Assembly: GCA_012295275.1 (NCBI GenBank)
Contig: CM022675.1
Coordinates: 1,612,001-1,676,000, forward strand
From: Chrysomallon squamiferum
Lineage: Eukaryota > Animalia > Mollusca
Direction: 5' to 3'
DNA: 64,000 nt
Of the stretch, positions 1-13,145 are shown in pieces. A program made the position numbers and the translations under genes. The notes below the pieces were generated by a model. It was not told the origin of the DNA, did no database searches, and saw only the letters and a program-made list of their open reading frames with translations. How positions within the stretch are numbered: position 1 is the first letter of the stretch; the number at the start of each line of letters is the position of its first letter.

Positions 1-79
1 TCTGCATTTTTCGAACGATATGTTTCTTGTGTATTTATTATTATATCTATGAACATTTTATATTTCATTACATTTTCAG

Positions 80-225
80 CAATTTTAATAAAAGCTTTTA
101 GAAATGATGTTCATGTTATTTGTTTTCTTTAATAAGCTATAAATATTACTTGTATTTTATTTAATGTACATATAATTGTTATCATTACTATACGTTAAAA
201 AACAAATTACCTCACTGTTTTAGAC
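80..225 (+). other. 3' end (AATAAA 87-92 and downstream flank) of a further paralog lying left of the window
   Basis: aataaaagcttttagaaatgatgttcatgttatttgttttc...aatattacttg...catataa...aaaacaaatta..cactgtttt aligns with 24739-24875 and 51899-51990. 681-716 also matches the flank at 25355-25395. Confidence 0.7.
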
Positions 226-816
226 TTCATGTTTATCACTATTTATTGTCTTCTCATCTATTTTTTATGGGGTTTCGGAACTTGGGAGTTTTGTATCAAT
301 TCAAGGTTTTGAAAGTGCTTAATATTGAAAGTAATCAAAACATATGAAATATTAAATGCAAAATAAAGTTGAAACATCAGTTCATAATTCATTCATTAAA
401 ACAATTAATAATAATAATAAAAACTCATGCTGCTCTTTGCGAGGATCTTGTTGAAATTATGACATCAGTCTTCAACTTTCATTTCACCCGTCTTTTGTCT
501 TTTCAATGATACCGATTTTTCTATATCGTACATTTCTTTCTTTCTTTCTTTCTTTATATATTTTATTTTAATTTATTTAGTTATTTATTTGTTTGCTTAT
601 TTATTTACTTTTTGAACTCATTTCTTACATCTACTGCAATTTCCTAAGGCTAAATATCTTCATTCAGTAAAATAATTCTTCACTTCACGGTAATGGATGA
701 AAAACACTTCTTGAAATACTTTTTAAATAGATTCATTAATTCAACGTATATATTAAACAGGGAAAATAGGAGGAATAACCAGAGCTATAGCAACAAAGAA
801 ACACAGACACCCACCC

Positions 817-849
<33 letters not shown>

Positions 850-1005
850 GACACACACACACACATACACACACAGCTCTGATGGTGAAGCGCAGTTACA
901 TTTTTCCGTTATGAAGGAATGTAGTTGTGTATGTATGTATTTGTGCATGTATCTACGTGTGTATCCAACTGTCTGTCTGTGTGTGTGTGTATATATATAT
1001 ATATA

Positions 1006-2403
1006 CTCTAATAAAAAAGAAACGCAAAAGTAGATTTTATTGACATATCTATCTAATTGATCAACAGAAACCAGCAGAATGTTAACATTTTACTCACACT
1101 TTCGCAATTCATTAATATTGATGGTATTACATTGAAAAGGTTAAAGTTCAAGGTTATAACAGTATAATATCAATACCTTGTGTGCCTACCATGGGAGTCC
1201 AGACCTGCCTGACATCTCCTTCCCATGGCAGTAATGACATTACGAATTACACCTTGTGGAATTGTGGCCCACACTGTCTGTAGTAAAAATACCAACTGAA
1301 CACGATTCTGTGGCTGTGGTTGATGCTGCCTCAGTCGTCTATCCAACTCATCCCATAAATGCTCTATAGGGTTCAAATCAGAAGATTTAGAGTGACAGGG
1401 CAGGACCTGAATGTTATTGTTGTGTAGGTACGCTGTTGTGAGTCTGGCTGTATGTGGTCTCGCACTGTCGTGCTGGAATACAGCGTTACCATTATTCCTA
1501 ACTGGAGCGACATGTGGCTGCAAAGTTTCATCTCGGTATCTCTGTGCCGTTAAGTTTGCTTGGATGTGCCCACACCATCACACTGTCACCGCCAAATCTG
1601 TCCGCTTCCTGTGTGCAGTTTGCAGCAAAACGTTCACCACGACATCTGTAAACTCGTCACTAAACCAGACAGTTCTCCATCGTAACTGAGGCCAGACTAT
1701 GTGCACTTGACACCACTGACGTCGTAGTCGACGATGTTGTTGAGTCAAAACCACTCTTCTTACAGGCCGTCTGACTTGAATACCTGCCTCGCGTAAACGA
1801 TTGGTCACTGTCTGAGCCGATATTCTACGCAGACATGGTATTGCTGAAGCAGTAGAGGTTGCCGTTGTGTTTCTTTCCCGTAGATGAAGTACACGTATGT
1901 AGTGGACCTGGGCCCAGGTGGTTACACTTGGTCTTTCTGATCTGGGACGGTCACGTGTTGTTTGGTGTTGCTGGAACCGATACACAATCTCAAGATGGTG
2001 CTTGGGGATACATGGAACACCCGGGCTACAGCCGAGAAGGATTCGCCAGCTTGTAAAAGGCCGATGGCGTTGTTTCGTTGTGGTTCACTCAGTCGTGGCA
2101 TTTGTTTGATGTTGGGTAAGAACAAAAATCACGAACAGAAGTATTCGAAAACTAGGCATTTTTGTAACCCTCGTAGTCAAGTTTCATGTACCGCACGTGC
2201 ACATGCACTGGTAACGTGCTTTGCATGCGGGGACGTTTTGGCTAATAAACACGATCATAGCCTTTTTGTGTTACCTGCTTTTTGACAAAATCTATACGTT
2301 TGAATCACCAAATGTCATTATATTCATAGTTTGTACATCGATATGTGTCAGTTTACAAAAGTTATCTAAGAAGTTAACCATTTTGCGTTTCTTTTTTGGG
2401 AGA

Positions 2404-2404
<1 letters not shown>
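1006..2404 (-). mobile_element. Tc1/mariner (Tc1-type) DNA transposon with both TIRs and a frameshifted, internally deleted transposase
   Basis: TIRs CTCT(AAT/CCC)AAAAAAGAAACGCAAAA at 1006-1029 and 2381-2404, flanked by TA within (TA)n. Minus-strand fragments: MPRLSEPQRNNAIGLLQAG (HTH, ATG 2101), DRPRSERP, ISAQTVTNRLREAG, WRTVWFSDE, FQHDSARPH, SSDLNPIEHLWDEL, GRHTRY* (1170). Confidence 0.95.
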
Positions 2405-2447
<43 letters not shown>

Positions 2448-2926
2448 CTATCTAGGAACATACGTAATATCTGTCTTTATATGTGTAGGTATATCTGTGT
2501 GTCCTGTGTTTGTCTGTCGTCCCATTTACGTATTATGCAATTTTGTTGCTTTTATTACAGACAAGTTAACTGGAGATGTCATCAGTCGATATCGCTATCG
2601 TTAAGATGCTGCTATTATGCATACTTGTGTGTAAATGTGTGTATATATGTGTGCGTGTGTGTGTGCGTGTGTGTGTTGTACCTGTGTTTTGTTATTTTAA
2701 TGTGGAAATGCACCAGCGAATTTAATGAGAAAAAAAAGATGCTATTAAGTGAAAATAATGCACTGTATATTGCACGAAAACTCCCATTTTTCTTAAATAT
2801 ATCTGAAGCGTTAAATGTAAATAAAATGTGTTACTTCATTATTATCATTCACCGAACACAAACAGGAAGATACAGTATATAATCAGTGAATGTATGTGTC
2901 CTTTATATATATATATATATATATAT

Positions 2927-3025
<99 letters not shown>

Positions 3026-3139
3026 GAGAAAGAAAGAAAAAGAAACAGTATTATTACTAACATGAATTTATAACTACTGTATACTCAGTGAATTTACGTG
3101 TCCTTTATATATATACAGAGAGAGACAGAGACAGAGAGT

Positions 3140-3204
<65 letters not shown>

Positions 3205-3209
<5 letters not shown>

Positions 3210-3960
3210 CAGTATTATTACTACATCTATTACTACTACTATTAGTAGTAGTATTTTTACTGTTACTGAAGCTGAACAAAGAGGTTTTCTCTGTATATCT
3301 TTATTTTTATTTTGTTTATGCACTGAACATATGGTGATATATATTAGTCAGACTTCTCTCACTTAAAGTAAATGCAACTAATAGTTTAATGGCGATGTTT
3401 GATGTATTCATATTCTGAGTGTTTTTCGACATCGCTTTGAAAGACGAATGAAATATTTTACGACTTCAATGTCATATATGTATTTAGGAATTAAAAAAAA
3501 AATCGAGTTTCCTTTTAGCTCTGAATAGATTACCTTTCTAAAAGCTCTATTGTCACATGAATGCAAAGTATTCACTATACATGCATATGTTGATGTGTTT
3601 ATGCTTGCAGGCATATATCTCTATGTTTCTATGTTTGCGTTATCTTAGCTGATGTAGTTTTAATATGAAACGTACGAGCGATACCTCCAAGTGTTTTCAA
3701 ACTGAACTTGAATACATAAAAGTTGTTTTTCATTTCAAATATCTTTTTTTTTGTGTGCTCGATCTTATCAACCACAGGACGATAAAAGCCAGTAACACAC
3801 ATAATCTACGTATGTATTATGCATGTATGTTTGTATGTGTGTATGTATGTATATATGTGTATATGTATAATTGTAGGAGTGTATATGTGTGTGAGTGTGT
3901 GTGTGTGTATAAATATTTGTTTATATATGAATGTACATGTATGTATGTATGTATCTCTAG

Positions 3961-4000
<40 letters not shown>

Positions 4001-4601
4001 TTATCTTTTTGTTTTTATTTTATTTTACGTTTTTAACTTAAATATAATTTTGTGTCTTTTATGTATGTGTGTGCAATAATAATAAGAGTAATAATAATAA
4101 GAAAACTGTTACTAATAATTATAGTAATAACAATAATAATACAAATAATACAAATAATAATAATAATAATAATAATCATAATAATTCACAACCACTGCTA
4201 TCTCTATGACTACAACAACTGCTACTTGAAGTATTATTACAACGATTACTTTTATTACTCTTCGCTACTATTAACACAAATGATACTACTTCTGTTATTA
4301 CTGTTACTGTTGCTCGATGGTTGTGAATTACTGCAACAATTAGTTCAAGTACAAGAGCTACCACTAATCCTACTGCAACTACTTGTCATACTGCTAGTAC
4401 TCTGGCTAACTACATAACTACAGTTAATTCCACTGCTACTATTACTACTACTACTACTACTACTACTACTGCTATTACTACAGCCACCGCTAATACTACT
4501 ACTATCAATGCTACGACTGCTACCAGTTCTACTGCTTCTGCTTTATATTTTAATTTTATTTACCCCAAGTGTTCTCAAATATCATATCATTTTCTTTGTT
4601 A

Positions 4602-4643
<42 letters not shown>

Positions 4644-5165
4644 TCAAAGTTATTTCAGACACTGCACTGAAAGACTTTCAGAATAAATTACGTTAAATTA
4701 AGCCGGGTATTACACGTTTTCTCATTTCTATAGAGTAAAAACTAAATGCTCTATGATAGATATTATATTTGCGAATGTTAGGGTCTGACACAAAGTTATG
4801 TTCTCAGATCAACTGTGTATACGCTATTCAGAATAAAAAACATAGTTTTTAAATATATCTATCGCCTATTAGTATTTGTTATAATTTAGTTTTTTGACGA
4901 CTGTAGTTTAATTTAGCAATATATATTCCTATACGTTCTTGCAGGTGCACTACTCGAGATATTTATTTACATTTTTGTTAGATGAATGGTGTATACACTA
5001 ACACAAAGTAAATTATTTAATATATCTAACAGCCAGTGATCTTTCTTATAATTTTATTTCTTTGAAGACGGTAGCTTAATTTACTTTAAGTTTATGTGTC
5101 CGTCCCAGCAGCTGCATGGTTCGAAAATTATTATCGTAAACACTGCAGTCTATTTTAACACATAG
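3205..5165 (+). repeat. Single plus-strand copy of the ~2.3-kb repeat unit
   Basis: Colinear reverse-complement match to 34400-36490. The spurious ORF MKRTSDTSKCFQTELE appears at 3665 (+), 33481-33762 (-) and, as a near-identical variant, 35875-36201 (-). Confidence 0.9.
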
Positions 5166-5808
5166 ACACACCTACCTCAATACTATTTTTACTTTTATTA
5201 ATTTTTTGTTTTGTTTATTTATCGTTTTCATATTATTATTTCTTCATATGCACACCATTTATCTGAAAATACAACTTTTGTGTCACACCCTAAAAGCTGC
5301 AGATATAATATACATCTTAGTGCATTTCTTTTCTATGCTATAGAAATCGGAAAACATGTAACTTCAGGCTTGATTTCACACCGCAATTTATTTTGAAATG
5401 ATTTTAGTGCAGCGTCTGAAAGCTCTCACAATCTGTAGAGAAAGCAAAAAATGTCTTTAAAATATTTTTATAATATTTGTTATTATTATTATTATTACCA
5501 GTAGTAGTAGTAGTAGTAGTAGTAGCATTAGTAGTAGTACGAGCAGTCTTTTTGTTATTGTTAATATTGTTTAACTCTAAAAAAGAAAAGGATATGGTGT
5601 CTAAGAATAAATGCGGTAAATAAAATTAAATATAGAGTAGTACTCATAGAATAATAATTAGTGGTAATAGTAATAATAGTTGTCGATGTTGTTATTGTGT
5701 AATAACAGGCGTATTAATGATAACGGTATAGTGTTTGTTTCAGTAGAAAAGGTAAAAGTATTAAAACTAGAAGTCCTCGTTTCAGTATTAGCATTAGTAG
5801 TTAGCCAT

Positions 5809-7730
5809 AGTACTAGCAGTATGACAAGTATTAGTATTGGTATTAGTGGTAGCTCTAGTACTAGCAGTATGACAAGTAGTAGTATTGGTATTAGTGGTAA
5901 CTCTAGTACTAGCAGTATGACAAGTATTAGTATTGGTATTAGTGGTAGCTCTAGTACTAGCAGTATGACAAGTAGTTGTATTGGTATTAGTGGTAACTCT
6001 AGTACTAGCAGTATGACAAGTATTAGTATTGGTATTAGTGGTAGCTCTAGTACTAGCAGTATGACAAGTAGTAGTATTGGTATTAGTGGTAACTCTAGTA
6101 CTAGCAGTATGACAAGTATTAGTATTGGTATTAGTGGTAGCTCTAGTACTAGCAGTATGACAAGTAGTAGTATTGGTATTAGTGGTAACTCTAGTACTAG
6201 CAGTATGACAAGTAGTTGTATTGGTATTAGTGATAGTTCTAGTACTAGCAGTTTGACAAGTAGTAGTATTGGTATTAGTGATAGCTCTAGTACTAGCAGT
6301 ATAACAAGTAGTAGTATTGGTATTAGTGGTAGCTCTAGTACTAGCCTTATGACAAGTAGTAGTATTGGTATTAGTGGTAGCTCTAGTACTAGCAGTATAA
6401 CAAGTAGTTGTATTGGTATTAGTGATAGCTCTAGTACTAGCAGTTTGACAAGTAGTAGTATTGGTATTAGTGATAGCTCTAGTACTAGCAGTATAACAAG
6501 TAGTAGTATTGGTATTAGTGATAGCTCTAGTACTAGCAGTTTGACAAGTAGTAGTATTGGTATTAGTGGTAGCTCTAGTACTAGCAGTATAACAAGTAGT
6601 TGTATTGGTATTAGTGATAGCTCTAGTACTAGCAGTATAACAAGTAGTTGTATTGGTATTAGTGGTAGCTCTAGTACTAGCAGTATGACAAGTAGTTGTA
6701 TTGGTATTAGTGATAGCTCTAGTACTAGCAGTTTGACAAGTAGTAGTATTGGTATTAGAGATAGCTCTAGTACTAGCAGTATAACAAGTAGTTGTATTGG
6801 TATTAGTGATAGCTCTAGTACTAGCAGTATAACAAGTAGTTGTATTGGTATTAGTGGTAGCTCTAGTACTAGCAGTATGACAAGTATTAGTATTGGTATT
6901 AGTGGTAGCTCTAGTACTAGCAGTATGACAAGTAGTTGTATTGGTATTAGTGGTAGCTCTAGTACTAGCAGTTTGACAAGTAGTAGTATTGGTATTAGTG
7001 GTAGCTCTAGTACTAGCAGTATGACAAGTAGTTGTATTGGTATTAGTGGTAGCTCTAGTACTAGCAGTATGACAAGTAGTAGTATTGGTATTAGTGGTAG
7101 CTCTAGTACTAGCAGTATGACAAGTAGTAGTATTGGTATTAGTGGTAACTCTAGTACTAGCAGTATGACAAGTAGTAGTATTGGTATTAGTGATAGCTCT
7201 AGTACTAGCATATGATGACAAGTAGTAGTATTGGTATTAGTGGTAGCTCTAGTACTAGCAGTATGACAAGTAGTAGTATTGGTATTAGTGGTAACTCTAG
7301 TACTAGCAGTTTGACAAGTAGTAGTATTGGTATTAGTGGTAGCTCTAGTACTAGCCTTATGACAAGTAGTAGTATTGGTATTAGTGGTAGCTCTAGTACT
7401 AGCAGTATGACAAGTATTAGTATTGGTATTAGTGGTAGCTCTAGTACTAGCAGTATGACAAGTAGTAGTATTGGTATTAGTGGTAGCTCTAGTACTAGCC
7501 TTATGACAAGTAGTAGTATTGGTATTAGTGGTAGCTCTAGTACTAGCAGTATGACAAGTAGTAGTATTGGTATTAGTGGTAACTCTAGTACTAGCAGTAT
7601 GACAAGTAGTAGTATTGGTATTAGTGGTAGCTCTAGTACTAGCCTTATGACAGGTAGTAGTATTGGTATTAGTGGTAGCTCTAGTACTAGCAATATGACC
7701 AGTAGTAGTACTGGTATTAGTGGTAACTCT
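5809..7730. repeat. 48-bp minisatellite, 40 copies
   Basis: Unit AGTACTAGCAGTATGACAAGTAGTAGTATTGGTATTAGTGGTAGCTCT; 1922 bp = 40x48 plus a 2-nt insertion near 7211. It produces the 16-aa periodic ORFs on both strands. Confidence 0.97.
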
Positions 7731-8151
7731 AAAACTCGAAATTAATAACGATCCAGCAGCAGTAACAGTAATAACAGAAGTAGTATCATTTGTTCTAATA
7801 AGCAAAGAGTAAAAATAGTAATCGTAGTAATAATCGTGTTAAAACTACTTCAAGTAGCTGTGGTTGTAGTGAAAGTGACAGCAGTAGTTGTAAACGCTGT
7901 ACTTGTAAACGCAGTAGTAGTAAAAGCAATGGTAGTGGCATTACTAGTTGAAAAGCACTAGTAACAGTGGCAGGTGTAGCAATAACAGCAGGAGAAGCTG
8001 TACTAATTTATGTCAGTCTACGTTTTAAAACAGGTAATTAAAGAATCAATTATACAAGTAAAATCATAAACCCACTAAACAAGCAATACAAGTAAATAAT
8101 GAAAACAAATAACTAAATAAACAATCAAAAAATATCAGCAACAACAGAAAT

Positions 8152-8189
<38 letters not shown>

Positions 8190-8529
8190 TATCACAACAG
8201 TAACAATAATAACAATAACAACAAAAACAATAACAATAATAACAGCAACAACAATGAAGTTAATAATAATAATTATAGAATGTATTAAATTGGTCGCACA
8301 GTACAGTTTTATATTTTTATATCACAGTGTGCTACAAGTCGTTCATTTAGTAATTATCTGAAGAAGGTAAATAGAAATTAATCTGATATTTATAGTTTTA
8401 AAAATCTATAAAGAGTGTTCAGCAATGTACTTCATTAATACTTTAAATTTACCGCTAGTAACTCCATTTTACAACTCGAAATTAGACAAATAAGTAAAAT
8501 GTGAAGAAAAAACCCCATTGTTTACCGTC

Positions 8530-8572
<43 letters not shown>

Positions 8573-10410
8573 GTATGTTTAAATTCATTCTTTACCACTT
8601 ACCTCTCTTCATTTAATGTAAGATGTTACAGCGATTACAAGAAGACTAAATCGGTTAATTGGATGGTATAGGAAACAAAACACAAGGAACCATATTTACA
8701 CATAGGTATACTGTTATTAAATATATACGAAACCCAATATTCTTAATATTACTATTGTAAATGTAACATAATTGCAGATGAATTACGTTTTGTATTGAAA
8801 CGTTTCAAGCTTCTGCCCCAGTTCACAATATTACTTTGTGATTACGCACTCACATCGCTGTGGTTTGTTGATGATAATTATATAACAATATAATTACCTG
8901 GAAGTTCATAGTATAATTATAAAAAGTTAGAAATTAATGAGAATAATAAAAAAATAGAATAAAAATGAAATGATGTCAATACACATGCATGTATTTATTC
9001 TGTTCGACATTTGTCTGATGGTTCACTCCTCGCACAGACGATTTATTTATTTATTTGTATAGCTCATACTTGTAACAATGACTATATTCATACTTGCTGA
9101 GGACAACTTATACCAAAACCAATTGTTTTATATTATTAATATTACTAGTAGTAGTACTTGTTGTACTACTAGTAGTACTATATAATGCAGTTATACGAAT
9201 ATTAATAAATTCGTTATGACAAAAATTTCTTTTGTCTCTCGCTAATGATCGTTAATCCTTAGATTATTTCTGTAATTGGATTACAGTTAACTAACAATAG
9301 CTATTTAATTAATACATCTTGTTAGGGATATTTGTACAAAATTAATGGTTAAGATATTCACTTATTTTAATGATGCATACAGTTTAATTAAAAACTGTAT
9401 TAAAGTAAGCTATTGAGGTAAATGTTAAATATGTAAGCGACATTTTCAAAAACTGTATCTTAATAGTACAACAGTATAAAATATTGTAATAAGTAAATAA
9501 AATAAAGCTGTATACTAGCGAATACTACAAGTACGTATAAACTAAATTGCGATCCGTAGCTTAGTACATAAGTTACGACCAACTTCCTAAGTTAAAGAAA
9601 CACCTATCTCTGAGAACATTTTCCACCTCTTGAACGAGGACGTATTACGGTATAGCTAAGGGCCCTACTACGTAAGATAGAAAAACAACAACATGGTTTA
9701 CCGTCAATATATATATATATATATATAGATATTATGTTATTATTAGAAGTAAAACTAGTATTAATATTACCATTAGTTTTTTGTTTCTTCGTTTCAATTT
9801 ATTTTGTTCTATTTATATATGTTTTGTGTTTTAAGACAGAAGCAGAATATACTTTACAGTTATTTTTTTTACTCTGTTTACGAAAATATTAACACAGGAG
9901 ACTAAAACATCCTGCTAAGATTGCCTAAACTCATCCAGGTGTTACGAGAGTTAGTCTCCTATTTGTGCTTAGATAATAAATAATACATCGATTCTTGTAG
10001 TTTTTGTTAGAGTCACACAAACAGTTTTACCTCGAGACATCTCACATCTACTGCTCTACGGACAGGGTTCAGTGGTTGTGTATGCGTTGCTATTTCTTCG
10101 TTATTTTTACTGCAACAATTATTTCGAATACTACAGCTACCACTAATCGTACTCCTACCATTTCTCACACAGCTAGTACTATGACTAACTACTAACTCTA
10201 ATACTAAAATGACGACTTCAACTCCTAACACTTTTACCAGTACTACTAAAATAACCAGTAATGTTGTCAATAATATGCATAGAGCCACCAGAACAGCAAC
10301 TACTATTACTAATAACTTCAATACTAATAGCACTAACACTGCTAATGTATATTTTTATTTTACTTACAATAAGTGTTAATTTTATAGTTAAATTAATAAT
10401 AATAACAATG

Positions 10411-10442
<32 letters not shown>

Positions 10443-10494
10443 TTTACTTTTAATATTATTATTATTGTATTGATATTATAGTCATTCTACACAG

Positions 10495-11050
10495 ACAGTG
10501 TGAGCTTTCAGACACTGCACTGAATGACTTTCAAAATAAATGACGATGTTAAATTAAGCTTGACATTGCATATTTTCTGATTTCTAAAGAGTGAAAACTA
10601 AATGCTCTATGATAGATATTATATCTGCGGATGTTAGGGTGTGACACAAAGTTGTGTTCTCAGATGAATGGTGTATACGCTGTTCAAAATAAAAAATTAG
10701 TTTCTAAATATATCTATCAGCCATTAGTATTTTTTATAATTTAATTCTTTGACGAAGGTAGTTTAGTTTAATAAAATATTCGTATACATTGTTACAGGTG
10801 CAGTACTCAAGAAGTGAGAATTAATATCGTGAACACTTGTTCTGCTATATATTTTGCGGTATAAATGACGATGTTAGATTAATCTAGATATTACATGTTT
10901 TCTTATTTCAGTAGAGTAAAAAAGAAATGTCCTGAGATACATATTATATCTGCAGGTGCTAGGGTGTGACACAAATCTGTATTTTCAGATGAATGGTGTA
11001 TACGCTGTTCAAAATTAAAAAGTTAGTTCTTAGATATATCTCTAAGCCAG
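10495..11050 (+). repeat. Tandem pair of the ~300-bp core repeat (…GTTAGGGTGTGACACAAAGTTGT…GAATGGTGTATAC…)
   Basis: The same core occurs at 4655-4960, 5255-5440 (-), 27285-27930, 28655-28690, in the 32.4-37.2 kb array (-), 61960-62130 and 63140-63330. Confidence 0.85.
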
Positions 11051-11260
11051 TCTCTTTTTTTTTCTTTTTTTTGATTATTATTTATTTTTCTTACTTTGCT
11101 TTTTAGCAACGGGTGGAAGTCAAATTCGAGGCGTTAGATATGCAAATGTATCATTATTACTATTTTATTATTATTATTACTATTAGTAGTAGTAGTTATA
11201 GTGGTAGTAGTACTAGTAGTACACTTTTTAGTAGTATTACTATTACTACTACTATTATTA

Positions 11261-11324
<64 letters not shown>

Positions 11325-11407
11325 GCTACGCATAAATGCACATCATGTATGATGCAATAGTTAAAAGCAGTAATTCATTGGACAGGATGGTTTCTTTGTC
11401 CTTACGA

Positions 11408-11507
11408 TATAAATACAGCTAAACACATCGTGAGATGCAGTTTTATGTTTTATTCTAACTGTGTAAAGGAGGATAAAGCTTCTTTTGTGAGTGTCTCAAG
11501 TAAGAAG
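11408..11507 (+). promoter_or_regulatory. TATA box + Inr-like start + non-coding first exon (distal promoter upstream of paralog A)
   Basis: TATAAATA at 11408; GCAGTT with its A at 11439 (TATA at -31); donor AAG|GTAGGT after 11507; ATTGG just upstream. Near-identical to 30882-30981. Confidence 0.65.
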
Positions 11508-11883
11508 GTAGGTTCACGTAAACTTACTTCAATTAATATGTTTGTACGCGTTTGAATGCATCTGATTTCAGTAAATGCAGGTGTTTATATTTTCACTGTA
11601 ACAGATACGTATCTGCACTTTTAGTAGTACTTGAGTTATTACTTGTTTCTTAGGTTGTGGTTGCTGTTGTTGTTGCTACTACTGTATAATATTATATTAT
11701 TTTTATTTGTTTATGTATTTGTTTTATTTTTTATTTTTTTATTTTGTTTAGTTCAGTTGAGTTTAGTTTATTCTTAAAGTGTCCCTATGGAGATATCAAG
11801 AAAGTAAATATGCTCTTATTGTTTCAGGTTATGTTTCACTTGATTTCTGCAATCTTGTCTTAATTTAGGGTAAAACTAAACAG

Positions 11884-12200
11884 TACAGTATAAATAGGAT
11901 TTACACCTCGACTTAAGACTGCCTCAACTTACGATGGTTTGCTTTGAGTTGCGAGCATTAATCCGAGTTACGAGCCAGCTGTAGGTATCCCACCACTAGT
12001 TGGCGCAACGAATAACACAACATTCGGCCAGCAGCCCGCGTTTCATTCCTTTACATCACATGGTTAGCTTACCGCTGAATCATCTCTGTTGTGTTGTGCT
12101 CGCGTTTGTTTGAGTATTTTGCAAACATTTTTTTTTCTGACAATGGATCCTAAGAAAATGGGTCCAAAGGACAGTGCTGAGAAGAAGAAGCAGATGCTAG
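11884..12200 (+). mobile_element. 5' fragment of a Tigger/pogo-like DNA transposon
   Basis: GC-richer island with CCTCGACTTA.GA / ACTTACGA / GTTACGA sub-terminal motifs and ORF start MDPKKMGPKDSAEKKKQM (ATG 12143), which resembles TIGD1-like transposase N-termini. Truncated immediately after. Confidence 0.6.
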
Positions 12201-12292
12201 ACTGCCTAGACTGCCTAGCTAAATGCACTACAGGCACGCCTGGCTCATGTTTTTTTCTATGAATTCAAGGTTTAAGTATATATATATATATA

Positions 12293-12323
<31 letters not shown>

Positions 12324-12569
12324 CTTATAGTTCTATATCTCTATCAGTCTCAATATGCGTGTGTGTTTGTATGTGTGTATGTGTGTCTGTGAAATCTGAG
12401 AATAAAACAGTAATGAAATAATAAATAAAAAAAAAAAAAAAAAAAATAAAAATAAAAATACAATAATAATACAAAAACAACAAATAATAATAAAATTCGA
12501 ATATACGTGTGTACTAGACAGCAAAAGTCTCTACACATAATGAGAATTTATTCATCATAAAAAATATTA

Positions 12570-12641
<72 letters not shown>

Positions 12642-13040
12642 AATAATCTAGTCGGATAAAATTCCTTTACATTTGGGACAACTTTCGTCCATTTTTGTGT
12701 GTGTCTGTCTGTGTGTTTGTGTGTGTGTGTGTGGACATAATTCTGTATAATGCACAACTCTTGTTTCATTTACTCAACAGACAAACAGATTAAGCTGAAG
12801 AAATCACCAGTTATGTTAGTTATAGTTATTTATTTTTAATATCGCTCTATTTTTTTTTTCTTGAATTAAATATTATAAAATAAATTAGTGTAAATTACTT
12901 TACACGAATACTACCCGTTCATTCCAAGCATGCTCATTCTACCAGAACGTTTTGTAGATTTTGCAATAAAAATAAACAAGAGCATATATTTGAGGAACGT
13001 TTGTTTGAAATATCATATTATGCATTCTTTGTCCCAAACA

Positions 13041-13145
13041 TATAAAATACAGCAAAACTCATCTTGGATGTAGTTTTATGTTTTATACCAAACACGTCAA
13101 ACTGTTTAAGTGAGGACAACGTTTGTGAATGTCACAAGAAAGAAG
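13041..13145 (+). promoter_or_regulatory. TATA box + Inr-like start + non-coding first exon (proximal promoter of paralog A)
   Basis: TATAAAAT at 13041; GTAGTT with its A at 13072 (-31 spacing); donor AAG|GTAGGT after 13145. Diverged homolog of the 11408 and 30882 units. The ATG exon has a splice acceptor at 14107, which implies an upstream exon. Confidence 0.65.

Larger units (their letters stand above)
8255..11820 (+). repeat. Segmental duplication of upstream/promoter block (homologous to 25770-31350)
   Basis: 8265-8830 matches 25775-26255; 9881-11050 matches 26680-27845; 11370-11820 matches 30845-31350. Confidence 0.88.

Noticed and set aside
3665-4036. ORF MKRTSDTSKCFQTELE… repeated three to four times
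   Set aside because: Part of the 2.3-kb repeat; copies differ by frameshifts in T-runs, so there is no coding constraint.
5809-7730. CRISPR-like regular array
   Set aside because: No unique spacers and no cas genes; eukaryotic context. It is a plain minisatellite.
5658-7805. 715-aa, 511-aa and 475-aa ORFs resembling mucins or membrane proteins
   Set aside because: Products of a 48-bp tandem repeat open in several frames on both strands; no signal peptide or splice context, and a 2-nt frame break near 7211.
9545-9680. Possible transposon end fragment
   Set aside because: Only short TTACGA-like motifs and no partner TIR; insufficient support.
10004-10195. Duplicated ORF M.ESHKQFYLETSHIYC… (also 26803-26991)
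   Set aside because: Starts at TTG, shows no recognisable domain or splice signals; similarity is explained by near-identical DNA duplication.
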